This document shows, piece by piece, positions 1 to 9,723 of a stretch of DNA of 64,000 bases (positions within the stretch are counted from its first letter, which is position 1; the number at the start of each line of letters is the position of its first letter). Under the pieces are notes generated by a model. It was not told the origin of the DNA, ran no database searches, and saw only the letters and a list, made by a program, of their open reading frames with translations. Source of the stretch: an uncultured Chloroflexia bacterium. Lineage in GTDB: Bacteria; Chloroflexota; Dehalococcoidia; UBA2979. Where the stretch lies: assembly GCA_963728205.1 (NCBI GenBank), contig CAVSIV010000004.1:168643-232642 (forward strand), written 5' to 3'. The position numbers were made by a program, and so were the translations under genes.

Positions 1-831
1 CCCGACCTCACGATCGTGGGCACGCAGCGCGAGAACCAGATGTCGCGCGACGAGGCGCTGCGCTATGCGGCGAAGCACGACATCGCGGTGCGCCAGACGG
101 CGGCGTCGCCCTACTCCACCGACGAGAACCTGTGGGGACGGTCGGTCGAGGCCGGCGTGCTCGAGGACCCGTGGAAGCAGCCGCCCGAGGACGTCTACGC
201 CTGGACGCGGCCGCTCGACCAGACGCCGGCGCAGCCGGCCGTCGTCGAGATCCGCTTCGAGCAGGGCGTGCCGGTCGCGCTCGACGGCGAGCGGCTCGAC
301 CCGGTGGCGCTGGTCACGCGGCTGTCGACGCTCGGCGGCGAGCACGGGATCGGCCGCATCGACATGGTCGAGAACCGCCTGGTCGGCATCAAGTCGCGCG
401 AGATCTACGAGGCGCCCGCGGCCGTGATCCTGCTCGACGCGCACCGCGCGCTCGAGGAGCTGACGCTGTCGAAGCCGCAGATGCGCTGGAAGAGCCTGGT
501 CGCGCAGGAGTACGCGGACCTCGTCTACAACGGGCTGTGGTTCACGTCGCATCACCGCGATCTGTCGGAGTACGTGGCGTCGACGCAGCGGCACGTGACG
601 GGCGACGTGCGCGTGCGACTGTGGCACGGCACGGTGATGACGATGGGCCGGCGCGCGGAGCAGAGCCTCTACAGCGAGGAGCTCGCGACCTACAGCGACG
701 CCGACCAGTTCGACCAGACGCACGCGCAGGGCTTCATCAAGCTGCACGGCCTGCAGGCGCAGGTGCAGGCGCACCGCCAGCTGCTGCAGGAGCACACGGA
801 CCTGATGCGGCTCGCATCTCCCGAGGAATAA
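1..831 (+). CDS. argG: Argininosuccinate synthase, C-terminal part (5' end outside window)
   Basis: Motifs YSTDENLWGRSVEAG and GRIDMVENRLVGIKSREIYEAPA; argH lies downstream. Confidence 0.95.
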   Translation, partial: PDLTIVGTQRENQMSRDEALRYAAKHDIAVRQTAASPYSTDENLWGRSVEAGVLEDPWKQPPEDVYAWTRPLDQTPAQPAVVEIRFEQGVPVALDGERLDPVALVTRLSTLGGEHGIGRIDMVENRLVGIKSREIYEAPAAVILLDAHRALEELTLSKPQMRWKSLVAQEYADLVYNGLWFTSHHRDLSEYVASTQRHVTGDVRVRLWHGTVMTMGRRAEQSLYSEELATYSDADQFDQTHAQGFIKLHGLQAQVQAHRQLLQEHTDLMRLASPEE

Positions 832-843
832 CAGGGCAGTGTG

Positions 844-880
844 GGCGACCAGTGTACACGAATCGTGTACACTGGTCGCC
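844..880. promoter_or_regulatory. Perfect 18-bp inverted repeat, probable TA autoregulatory operator overlapping a TACACT -10 box
   Basis: GGCGACCAGTGTACACGA-A-TCGTGTACACTGGTCGCC ends immediately before ATG 881; TACACT at 868-873. Confidence 0.7.
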
Positions 881-1306
881 ATGAAGAACATCACGTTCAG
901 CGCGGATGAGGACGTCATCGGAGCAGCACGCGCACGCGCGCAGGCGGCCGGGACCACCTTGAACGAAGCGTTCCGCCGCTGGCTGGGCGAGTACGCCGCC
1001 GCGCGAAAGACCGGAACCGGGACCCTTCCCGTGCACGAGTCCGGCGCAGCGTACGTACCTGCTGCCGCCACCGGCCCCGCTGCAGCGGAGGATGGACTGC
1101 GAGCGGATCCCCGCCTGCTGCGGGCCGCGCGCGCGAAGGCCGCCGCGGAGGACAGCACGCTCGATCGTCGCTTCGCCCAGTGGCTGGAGGAGTACACGGG
1201 CGAGCAAGACCCCGTGGAGGCGGCCATGCGGGCCGTGGACCGCATGCGGTCCTACGCCAGCACGGGCGGCCGGAAGTTCACGCGTGACGAGATGAATGAG
1301 CGCTGA
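881..1306 (+). CDS. Antitoxin (RHH-like) with internally duplicated domain
   Basis: Starts MKNITFSADEDVI and ends GRKFTRDEMNER, typical of antitoxins upstream of PIN genes; overlaps the PIN gene start. Confidence 0.75.
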   Translation: MKNITFSADEDVIGAARARAQAAGTTLNEAFRRWLGEYAAARKTGTGTLPVHESGAAYVPAAATGPAAAEDGLRADPRLLRAARAKAAAEDSTLDRRFAQWLEEYTGEQDPVEAAMRAVDRMRSYASTGGRKFTRDEMNER

Positions 1307-1715
1307 CTTCCTCGACACAAACGTCTTCGTGTACCTGCTGGACACGGTCGACGAGCGGAAGCACCGGCGGGCGCGGGCGGCCGTGAGCGACGCGCTTCGG
1401 GGCGACGCGTGCATCAGTCACCAGGTCGTCCAGGAGACGCTCAACGTGATCACACGAAAGCTCACGCCCCCGGTGACGCCCCAGGACGCGCGGGACTTCT
1501 TCACCACGACGCTGGAGCCCCTGTGGACCGTCATGCCCTCGTCGGACCTGTACGCGCGCGCGCTCGACGTCAGCGGGCGCTACCGCTTCTCGTTCTACGA
1601 CTCCCTGATCGTCGCGGCCGCGCTTGGAGCGGGTTGCACGCGCCTCCTCAGCGAGGACCTGCAGCACGGACAGGTGATCGACGGCCTGCGCATCGAGAAC
1701 CCGTTCGCCACCTAG
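1296..1715 (+). CDS. PIN-domain (VapC-like) toxin
   Basis: FLDTNVFVY, QVVQE, FSFYDSLIVAAA, LLSEDLQHG..IENPF. Confidence 0.92.
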   Translation: MSADFLDTNVFVYLLDTVDERKHRRARAAVSDALRGDACISHQVVQETLNVITRKLTPPVTPQDARDFFTTTLEPLWTVMPSSDLYARALDVSGRYRFSFYDSLIVAAALGAGCTRLLSEDLQHGQVIDGLRIENPFAT

Positions 1716-1798
1716 CGATCGCCGGAGCGCGGACCGCTCGCCCGCGGGCGATGGCGGCCGTCCTCACCGCCGGGTAGCCTCGTGCGCGGGAGGCACGC

Positions 1799-3205
1799 GT
1801 GACCGAGACCGCCGGCTCATCGAAGCTCTGGGGCGGCCGCTTCGCGGCCGACACCAACGCGCTCGTCGAGGCCTTCAACGCCTCGATCGACTTCGACCGC
1901 CGGCTCTACCGCGAGGACATCGCGGGCTCGATCGCCCACGCGCGCATGCTCGCGGCGCAGAGCATCATCCCCGGCGACGACCGCGACGCCATCATCGCCG
2001 GCCTCGAGGCGATCCGCGACGAGATCGACGCCGGCACGTTCGCGTTCCGACAGGACCGCGAAGACATCCACCTCAACATCGAAGCGGCGCTCACCGACCG
2101 CATCGGCGACGCGGGACGGCGCCTGCACACCGCGCGCTCGCGCAACGACCAGGTCGCGACCGACACGCGCCTCTTCACGCGCGCCGCCTGCGACGAGGCG
2201 CTCGCGGCGCTGCACGCGCTGCGCGGCGCGCTGATCGACCTCTCCGACCGCGAGGCCGCGACGGTGATGCCCGGATACACCCACCTGCAGCGCGCGCAGC
2301 CGGTGCTCCTCGCACACCACCTGCTCGCCTACGAGGCGATGTTCGCGCGCGACGCCGAGCGCGTCGCGCAGGCGCGCGCCCGCGCGAACGTGTTGCCGCT
2401 CGGCGCGGGGGCGCTCGCCGGCGTGACCTACCCCATCGACCGCGAGGCGGTCGCGCGCGAGCTCGGTTTCGACGCCGTCGCCTCGAACTCGCTCGACGCC
2501 GTGTCCGACCGCGACTTCGTCGTCGACTTCCACGCGGCGGCGGCGCTCGCCATGGTCCACCTCTCGCGGCTCGCCGAGGAGCTGATCCTCTGGTCGACCG
2601 CGGAGTTCGGCTTCGTCACGCTCGCCGACGCCTTCTCCACCGGGTCGAGCATCATGCCGCAGAAGAAGAACCCCGACGTCGCGGAGCTGGCGCGCGGGAA
2701 GAGCGCGCGGGCGATCGGCAACCTCGTGCAGGCGCTGACGATGCTCAAGGGCCAGCCGCTCGCCTACAACAAGGACAACCAGGAGGACAAGGAGTCGCTG
2801 TTCGACAGCGTCGACACGCTGCTCGTGTCGGTGCGCGTCGTCGCCGCGATGCTGCCCACCCTCACCTTTCACCGGGAGCGCATGCGCGCCGCCGCCGGCG
2901 CGAACTTCGCGCTCGCGACCGATGTCGCCGACTATCTGGCGAAGCGCGGCGTGCCGTTCCGCGAGGCGCACGAAGCGGTCGGCGCGCTCGTCGCGCGCTG
3001 CGAGCGCGACGGCCGCACGACGTTCGACGGGCTGGCGCTCGACGACTACCGCGCGGCGCACCGCGCGTTCGAGCGCGACGTGCTCGCGCTGGACCTCGAC
3101 GCCGCGCTCGCCGCGCGCGAGGTGCCCGGCGGGACCGGCCCGCGCGCCGTCGCGGACCAGCGTGCGGCCGCTCGCGCGCGCCTCGCCGCCGAGAGCCGGC
3201 CATGA
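1799..3205 (+). CDS. argH: Argininosuccinate lyase
   Basis: KLWGGRF, RSRNDQVATD, GSSIMPQKKNPD. Confidence 0.97.
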   Translation: MTETAGSSKLWGGRFAADTNALVEAFNASIDFDRRLYREDIAGSIAHARMLAAQSIIPGDDRDAIIAGLEAIRDEIDAGTFAFRQDREDIHLNIEAALTDRIGDAGRRLHTARSRNDQVATDTRLFTRAACDEALAALHALRGALIDLSDREAATVMPGYTHLQRAQPVLLAHHLLAYEAMFARDAERVAQARARANVLPLGAGALAGVTYPIDREAVARELGFDAVASNSLDAVSDRDFVVDFHAAAALAMVHLSRLAEELILWSTAEFGFVTLADAFSTGSSIMPQKKNPDVAELARGKSARAIGNLVQALTMLKGQPLAYNKDNQEDKESLFDSVDTLLVSVRVVAAMLPTLTFHRERMRAAAGANFALATDVADYLAKRGVPFREAHEAVGALVARCERDGRTTFDGLALDDYRAAHRAFERDVLALDLDAALAAREVPGGTGPRAVADQRAAARARLAAESRP

Positions 3206-3885
3206 GCCCGGACCCGGGCGTGCGCATCGCCCCGTCGATCCTGACCGCCGACTTCGGCCGGCTCGCGGCACAGGCGCGCGCGGCCGAGGACGGCGGGGCC
3301 GACCTGCTGCACCTCGACGTAATGGACGGCCACTTCGTCCCGCGCATCACCTTCGGGGACCCCGTGATCGCCGCGGTGCGGGAGGCCACGCGCCTGCCGC
3401 TCGAGGTGCACATGATGGTCGCCAACCCCGGCGACCACTTCGCCGCCTTCGCGCAGGCCGGCGCGGGCCGGCTGCTCTTCCACTACGAGGCCGCCGGCGA
3501 CCTTGCCGCCGTGCGCACGCTGCTCGCGCGGGCACGGGAGCTCGGCGTCGAGACCGGCGTCGCGATCAGCCCGGAGACGCCGTCGTCGGCGCTCTACCCG
3601 CTGCTCGCCGAGATCGACGAGATCATCGTGATGCTGATCCGCCCCGGCTGGGGCGGCCAGGAGATGCGCCCCGAGCTGCTGGCGAAGGTGCGCGACCTGG
3701 ACGGCCGGGCGCGTGCGGCGGGCCTCGACGTGCCGATCGAGGTCGACGGCGGCGTCAAGGCGCACAATGCGCTCGAGTGCGTGCACGCCGGCGCGTCGAT
3801 CCTCGTGGCGGGCTCGGCCGTCTACAACGACCGCCAGAGCCCGGAAGACGCGCTCGCCGATCTGCGGCGCACGCTCGGGCGCTAA
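3202..3885 (+). CDS. rpe: Ribulose-phosphate 3-epimerase
   Basis: IAPSIL.ADF, HLDVMDGHFVP, IEVDGG. Confidence 0.95.
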   Translation: MSPDPGVRIAPSILTADFGRLAAQARAAEDGGADLLHLDVMDGHFVPRITFGDPVIAAVREATRLPLEVHMMVANPGDHFAAFAQAGAGRLLFHYEAAGDLAAVRTLLARARELGVETGVAISPETPSSALYPLLAEIDEIIVMLIRPGWGGQEMRPELLAKVRDLDGRARAAGLDVPIEVDGGVKAHNALECVHAGASILVAGSAVYNDRQSPEDALADLRRTLGR

Positions 3886-3890
3886 GTCTG

Positions 3891-4030
3891 GGCGCGCGGC
3901 AGGCTTCAGGCCTGCCGTGGATCGTGAGTACCTCCGCGGGACGTGAGGCGGCCACCTCCGGGGCGGTCGCCCGCCACTGCACACGGCAGGCCTGAAGCCT
4001 GCCGCGCGCCGGGGACCGGCAGGCCTGAAG
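3891..4030. repeat. REP-like family A doublet (29-bp inverted pair)
   Basis: GGCGCGCGGCAGGCTTCAGGCCTGCCGTG at 3891-3919, its exact reverse complement at 3982-4010, partial copy at 4017-4030. Confidence 0.85.
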
Positions 4031-4050
4031 GCCCGCGCCGCGCGCCGGAC

Positions 4051-4077
4051 ATGAAGAGGCCCCGCGAACGCGGGGCC
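4051..4077 (-). terminator. Probable intrinsic terminator downstream of rpmB
   Basis: GGCCCCGCG..CGCGGGGCC stem followed by TCTTCAT on the minus strand. Confidence 0.5.
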
Positions 4078-4107
4078 GGAGACCGAACCGCTCGCGGCCC
4101 GTCGTTG

Positions 4108-4341
4108 CTAGTAGCTCAGCCCCTTCGCCTCGACGTGCTTGCTCTCCGTGCGGAGGCAGCGCGTGCAGACGTTGATGCGGCGCCAGCGGCCGTCGACGAA
4201 CATCCGCTTCTTGTGCACGTTCGGCGCGAACGGGCGGTTCGTCTTCGGGGCCTTGCGGCGCCACGCACCGGAGTGCTTGTGCTGGATCGCCCGCCCGAAG
4301 ACGGTGTGCTTGTCGCAGAGGTCGCACTTGCCGGCTGCCAT
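4108..4341 (-). CDS. rpmB: 50S ribosomal protein L28 (zinc-binding C+ type)
   Basis: MAAGKCDLCDK..TNRPFAPNVH..INVCTRCLRT; adjacent to DAK2/DegV/recG, the usual neighbourhood. Confidence 0.93.
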   Translation of the reverse strand: MAAGKCDLCDKHTVFGRAIQHKHSGAWRRKAPKTNRPFAPNVHKKRMFVDGRWRRINVCTRCLRTESKHVEAKGLSY

Positions 4342-4489
4342 GATCTCGCTCCGCAGGGGTCCCGCGCGCAGAGTGCGCAGCACCGGGTTCTGGTATATGT
4401 CTGATGACGGCCGATGAGACTGCATCGGCCGGTACAGGCTAGCAGCACGCGCTCCGCAACGTCTATCCGGCCCGGGCCCGCCGCGACCG

Positions 4490-6136
4490 ATGGGAGATCG
4501 CGCGATCGCTTCCACCACCATCGACGGTCGCGACCTGCGCTCCGCGTTCGACGTCGCCGAGCGCTGGCTGGCGCTGAACCGCGATGCCGTCAACGCGATC
4601 AACGTCTACCCCGTGCCCGACGGCGACACCGGCACCAACATGCTCCTCACCTGGCGCGCCGCGCTGGCCGCGCCCGTCGACACGCCGGACGACGTCGGCG
4701 CCGTGCTGCGGGCCGTGGCGCACGGCGCGCTGCTCGGGGCGCGCGGCAACAGCGGCGTGATCCTCTCGCAGATGCTGCGCGGCCTCGCCGAGGCCGTCGG
4801 CGGCGCGCGGCGGATCGGGCTGCGCGACCTCGCGGCGGCGCTGACCGCCGGCGCGCGCGCCGCGTACGACGCGGTGCCGAGCCCCATCGAGGGCACGATG
4901 CTGACGGTGATGCGCGAGAGCGCGGCGGCCGCTGAGGCGGCCGCGGCCGAGCGCGCGGAGGTCGATCACATGACGGCCGCGCTCGTGGCGGGGGCGCGGC
5001 GCAGCGTCGAGCGCACGCCGGACCTGCTGCCGCGCCTGCGCGACGCCGGCGTGGTGGACGCGGGCGGGCTCGGCGTCGCCCTGCTGTTCGAGGGCGTGCA
5101 CCACGGCCTCGCCGGCACGCCGCTCCCCGAGCCGCTGACGCCGAACGCGGCCGCGGTCGAGCTGGAGGCGGTCGCGCACGAGGGCCACGGCTACTGCACC
5201 GAATACGTCGTCATCGCCGACGGCATCGACCGCGCGGCGTTCGAGCGCGAGCTGCTGGCGCTCGGCGGCGAGTCGGTGCTCGTCGTGGGCGACGCGACGG
5301 CCGTGCACGTGCACGTGCACGTCGCCGACCCCGGCCCGGCGCTGAGCGCCGGCGCGCGCCTCGGGGCGCTCGACGCGATCAAGGTCGACAACATGCAGGC
5401 GCAGCACGAGGCCTGGAGCGACGGCATCGTCGCCGCGTCCGGCGGGCGCGAGCCGGCCGACGGCGAGCTCCGGTCGGCGGCGCCGGCCGTTGGGCTCGTC
5501 GCGGTCGCGGCCGGCCCCGGGATCGCGTCCGCGTTTCGCGACCTCGGCGCGACGCGCGTGATCGACGCCGCCGCACGCAAGCCGAGCGCCGGCGAGCTGC
5601 TCGCGGCGGCGCGGGCGGCGGGCCGCGAGCGCGTCTACCTGCTGCCCAACGACCGAGACGTGCTCATGGCGGCCGAGCAGGCGGCCCGCGCGTCCGACGG
5701 CCTCGTCACGGTGATTCCCGCCCGCTCAGCGGCGGCCGGCCTGGCGGCCGCCGTCGCGTTCCTGCCGGACGCGCCCGCAGCCGAGCTGGCCGCGCAGATG
5801 CTCGCTGCAGTCGACGCCGTCCGCAGCGTCGAGGTCACGAGCGCGGTGCGCGACGCGACCGTCGACGGCGTCGCGGTGCGCGCGGGCGACGGCATCGCGC
5901 TCGTCGACGGCTTCCTCGTCATGCGCGGCGACACGCTGGAGGAGGCGCTGGCGGGCGGCCTCGCCCGCGCGGTCGGCGACGGCGCGTCGCTCGTCACCGT
6001 CTACCTCGGCGCCGGCGCGCCGCCGGGGGCCGGTGAGCGGGTGCGCGCGCTGATCGCCAGCCGTCACCCCACGCTGGAGATCGAGGTGGTGGCCGGCGGC
6101 CAGCCGCACTACCCCTACCTCCTGTCGGTCGAGTAG
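4490..6136 (+). CDS. fakA: DAK2-domain fatty acid kinase catalytic subunit (YloV/FakA)
   Basis: INVYPVPDGDTGTNM, GARGNSGVILSQ, YCTE, GGQPHYPY. Confidence 0.92.
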   Translation: MGDRAIASTTIDGRDLRSAFDVAERWLALNRDAVNAINVYPVPDGDTGTNMLLTWRAALAAPVDTPDDVGAVLRAVAHGALLGARGNSGVILSQMLRGLAEAVGGARRIGLRDLAAALTAGARAAYDAVPSPIEGTMLTVMRESAAAAEAAAAERAEVDHMTAALVAGARRSVERTPDLLPRLRDAGVVDAGGLGVALLFEGVHHGLAGTPLPEPLTPNAAAVELEAVAHEGHGYCTEYVVIADGIDRAAFERELLALGGESVLVVGDATAVHVHVHVADPGPALSAGARLGALDAIKVDNMQAQHEAWSDGIVAASGGREPADGELRSAAPAVGLVAVAAGPGIASAFRDLGATRVIDAAARKPSAGELLAAARAAGRERVYLLPNDRDVLMAAEQAARASDGLVTVIPARSAAAGLAAAVAFLPDAPAAELAAQMLAAVDAVRSVEVTSAVRDATVDGVAVRAGDGIALVDGFLVMRGDTLEEALAGGLARAVGDGASLVTVYLGAGAPPGAGERVRALIASRHPTLEIEVVAGGQPHYPYLLSVE

Positions 6137-6157
6137 GCCCTTCGCTACACTCGCGCC

Positions 6158-7042
6158 GTGACCGTCCGCGTCGTCACCGACTCCACCGCCGATCTCCCGC
6201 CAGACGTCGTCGCACGCTACGGGATTGGCGTCGTGCCGCTCAGCATCCTGTTCGGCGACGAGTCGCTGCGCGACGGCGTCGACATCACGTCCGACCAGTT
6301 CTTCAAGCGCCTGGCGCGCGCGGTCGAGCTGCCGACCACGTCGCAGCCGACGCCCGCGCTCTTCCACGAGACGTATGAGCGCCTGAAGGCCGAGGGCGCG
6401 ACCGAGATCGTCTCGCTGCACCTCTCGAGCAAGCTCAGCGGCACCTTCCACTCCGCGGTGCAGGGCGCCGAGGGCATCGCGGACGTGCGCTTTCGTCACG
6501 TCGATTCGCTGTCGGCGTCGCTGGGCCTCGGGCTGGGCGTACTGGCGGCGGCGGAGCTCGCGCAGGACGGCAAGTCGCTCGAAGAGGTGCGCGCGGCGGC
6601 CGTCGACGTCTTCGCGCGTACGCGCGTGTACTTCCTGCTCGACACGCTCGAGTTCCTGCGCCGCGGCGGGCGCCTGGGGCGCGGTGCGGAGATCATCGGC
6701 AACCTGTTGCAGGTGAAGCCGATCCTCGCGATCGAGGGCGGCGAGGTGGTGCCCGTCGCGCGCGTGCGCACCCGCACGAAGGCGATCGAGGAGATGCTGC
6801 GGCGCGTGGCGCTGCTGCGGCCGATCACGCATATCGGCGCGATCCATGCGACCACGCCCGATGACCTCGACTACCTGACGACGCGCCTCGACGGCATCGT
6901 GCCCGACGCGAAGGTGCTGACCGCGCGCGTGACACCGGTGATCGGCGTGCACGGCGGGCCCGGGCTGCTCGGCGTCGCGGCCGTGATCGCGTCGCCCGAG
7001 GCCGCGACCGACGGAGCCTCCCCCACACCGAACACGTCGTGA
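6158..7042 (+). CDS. DegV family fatty-acid-binding protein (FakB)
   Basis: VTDSTADLP, PTTSQP, LSSKLSGT, GGRLG, VIGVHGGPG. Confidence 0.93.
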   Translation: MTVRVVTDSTADLPPDVVARYGIGVVPLSILFGDESLRDGVDITSDQFFKRLARAVELPTTSQPTPALFHETYERLKAEGATEIVSLHLSSKLSGTFHSAVQGAEGIADVRFRHVDSLSASLGLGLGVLAAAELAQDGKSLEEVRAAAVDVFARTRVYFLLDTLEFLRRGGRLGRGAEIIGNLLQVKPILAIEGGEVVPVARVRTRTKAIEEMLRRVALLRPITHIGAIHATTPDDLDYLTTRLDGIVPDAKVLTARVTPVIGVHGGPGLLGVAAVIASPEAATDGASPTPNTS

Positions 7043-9657
7043 CGGCCGACCTCGAGCGGCTGCGCGCGGTCCTGCAGCGCGAGCTCGACGCGGGCGCGTC
7101 GGACGTGCTCGTGCAGGGCGGGCTCGACGAGCTGCTGCGCACGCAGGCACGCGACGAGCCGCCGGGGTCGGCGCTGCTGCGGATGGTGGCGGCGCTGCCG
7201 GCGCAGGGCTATCGGTCGCTCGAGCCCGAGGAGCGCGTGACCTGGCTGCGCCGCGCACTGGCGACGGTGCGGCGCGAGCAGGCGCTCGCGGCGGAGGCCG
7301 CGCCGCGGCGCGCCGCCCCCGGCCGCGCGCCGTCCTCGCGCGCGGCGGCGGCCGGCCGGCAGGCGCCGGCCGGGGCCGCGGGCCGCGCCGGCGGCGCCGG
7401 TCGCACCCCCGCGCGCCGCTCGCCGCGGCGCCCGCCGCGCCGCGTGGCGGAGGAGTCGCCGGACGCCGACGGCGCCGCGGACGGCGCGCCCGCGCGCCCC
7501 GGGTCCGCGGGCGCGCACATCCCACCCGGCGAGGGCGCGCTCGACCTCGAGCTCGCACGCGCTGGCACGCGGCTCGGCGGGCCCAACCTCGATCGGCTGG
7601 AGCGGCTCGGGCTGCGCACCGTGCGCGACGCGCTCCACTTCTACCCGTACCGCCACCACGACTTCAGCCACACGGTGCCGATCTCCGCGCTGCGCATCGG
7701 CGCCGAGCAGACCGTCCGCGGCGTGGTCGAGCGCTCACGCGAGGTGCGGATGGGCCGCGGCGGCCGCATGCGCGCGGCGGAGGTCACGATCCGCGACGCC
7801 GCCGGGTCCACCATCGGGGCCACGTGGTTCAACCAGCCGTTCGTCGCGCGCTCGTTGCGCGAAGGCGAGGAGATCGCGCTCGCCGGCCGCGTCACGATGT
7901 ACCGCAACCACGCGGCGTTCACGAACCCCGAGTACGAGAAGCTGAGCGACGACCCACACCACACCGGACGCATCGTCCCCGTCTACCACCTCACCGCCGG
8001 GCTGGCGCAGCGCACGATCCGCGGCGTGATCGCGCAGCTACTGGAGCGCTTCGGCGATCGCATCGAAGACCCGCTGCCGCCGGACGTCCGCGAGCGCAAC
8101 AGCCTGATGCCGCTGGCCGATGCGGTGCGGCAGGATCACTACCCCGACAGCCAGGCACAGCTGACGCACGCGCGCCGCCGCCTCGCGTTCGACGAGCTGC
8201 TCGCGATCCAGATCGGCGTGATCGCCCGCAAGCGGGAGTGGCAGGCGCAGGGCAACGCGCCGATGATCGGCGACCACGCGGCCGCGGACGCCTTCCTCGC
8301 ATCGCTCCCCTTCCGGCTCACCGGCGCGCAGCAGCGCGCGCTGCACGAGCTGCGCACGGACGTCGCCCGCCCCGTGCCGATGTCGCGGCTGATGGAGGGC
8401 GACGTCGGCTCCGGCAAGACGGTGGTGGCGGTGGCGGCGATGCTGTCGTTCGTCGCGGCCGGCTACCAGGCGGTGATGATGGCGCCGACCGAGGTGCTCG
8501 CCGAGCAGCACTTCCGCACGATCTGCCGGCTGCTCTCGGGCGAGCCGGAGCCGCCCCTCAACGGGCTGATCTCGCTGCCGTCGCTGCCGCTACCGATCCG
8601 CGTCGTGCAGCTCACCGGCTCGACGCGCGCGAAGGAGCGGCGCGACGCCCTCGACGCGATTCGCCACGGCGGGGCGCACATCATCGTGGGCACGCACGCG
8701 CTCATCCAGGAGTCCGTGGAGTTCGCCAACCTCGGCATGGCCGTGGTCGACGAGCAGCACCGCTTCGGCGTGATGCAGCGCAGCGAGCTGCGACGCAAGG
8801 GAGCCGACGGCGTCTCGCCGCACCTGCTGGTGATGACCGCGACGCCGATCCCGCGGTCCCTCGCGCTCACGCTGTACGGCGACCTCGACCTCTCGGTGAT
8901 CGACGAGATGCCGCCGGGCCGCACGCCCATCGAGACGCGCTTCCTCACGCCGATCGAGCGCGGCACGGCGTTCGCGAAGGTGCGCGAGGAGATCGCGGCC
9001 GGCCGGCAGGCGTTCGTGATCTGTCCGCTCGTCGAGGGCTCCGACGCCGTGCAGTCGCGCGCCGCGACCGAAGAGGTGGAGCGGCTGCGCACGCAGGAGT
9101 TCCCCGAGCTCGCCGACCGCATCGCGCTACTGCACGGGCGGATGTCGTCGAGCGACAAGGACGCCGTGATGCGCGCGTTCGCGGTGAACGAGGCGGCGAT
9201 CCTGGTGTCGACCGCGGTGGTCGAGGTCGGCATCGACGTCCCGAACGCGACGGTGATGGTGATCGAGGGCGCCGACCGCTTCGGCCTCGCGCAGCTGCAC
9301 CAGTTCCGCGGGCGCGTCGGCCGCGGGGCACACGCGTCGTTCTGCTACCTGCTGGCGGACGACCCGACGCCGGAGGCGGAGGAGCGGCTCTCGGTGCTGG
9401 AGCGGACCGCCGATGGCTTCGCGGTGGCGCAGGCGGACCTCGAGCTGCGTGGACCGGGCGAGACGTTCGGGACGCAGCAGAGCGGCCGCACGAACCTGCA
9501 CATCGCGAGCCTGCTGGATGTGCGCCTGATCGAGACGACGCGCCACGAGGCGGAGCTGCTGCTGGACGACGACTCCCAGCTCGCAAAGCCCGAGCACCGC
9601 GCGCTCCGCTACGCGATCGCGCGTCGTGCGAGCGAGGTGGTCGCGGAGATGCACTGA
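7039..9657 (+). CDS. recG: ATP-dependent DNA helicase RecG with N-terminal extension
   Basis: GDVGSGKT, DEQHRFG, MTATPIPR, QLHQFRGRVGRG, DLELRGPG. Confidence 0.96.
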   Translation: MTADLERLRAVLQRELDAGASDVLVQGGLDELLRTQARDEPPGSALLRMVAALPAQGYRSLEPEERVTWLRRALATVRREQALAAEAAPRRAAPGRAPSSRAAAAGRQAPAGAAGRAGGAGRTPARRSPRRPPRRVAEESPDADGAADGAPARPGSAGAHIPPGEGALDLELARAGTRLGGPNLDRLERLGLRTVRDALHFYPYRHHDFSHTVPISALRIGAEQTVRGVVERSREVRMGRGGRMRAAEVTIRDAAGSTIGATWFNQPFVARSLREGEEIALAGRVTMYRNHAAFTNPEYEKLSDDPHHTGRIVPVYHLTAGLAQRTIRGVIAQLLERFGDRIEDPLPPDVRERNSLMPLADAVRQDHYPDSQAQLTHARRRLAFDELLAIQIGVIARKREWQAQGNAPMIGDHAAADAFLASLPFRLTGAQQRALHELRTDVARPVPMSRLMEGDVGSGKTVVAVAAMLSFVAAGYQAVMMAPTEVLAEQHFRTICRLLSGEPEPPLNGLISLPSLPLPIRVVQLTGSTRAKERRDALDAIRHGGAHIIVGTHALIQESVEFANLGMAVVDEQHRFGVMQRSELRRKGADGVSPHLLVMTATPIPRSLALTLYGDLDLSVIDEMPPGRTPIETRFLTPIERGTAFAKVREEIAAGRQAFVICPLVEGSDAVQSRAATEEVERLRTQEFPELADRIALLHGRMSSSDKDAVMRAFAVNEAAILVSTAVVEVGIDVPNATVMVIEGADRFGLAQLHQFRGRVGRGAHASFCYLLADDPTPEAEERLSVLERTADGFAVAQADLELRGPGETFGTQQSGRTNLHIASLLDVRLIETTRHEAELLLDDDSQLAKPEHRALRYAIARRASEVVAEMH

Positions 9658-9670
9658 GCCGCGGGCCGGA

Positions 9671-9708
9671 GGCCGGCCACCCGGGACTGGCTCCCGGGGT
9701 GGCCGGCC
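9671..9708. terminator. GC-rich hairpin between convergent recG and fasciclin genes
   Basis: GGCCGGCCACCCGGGA...TCCCGGGGTGGCCGGCC. Confidence 0.55.
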
Positions 9709-9723
9709 GTGACGAGGGCGAGA

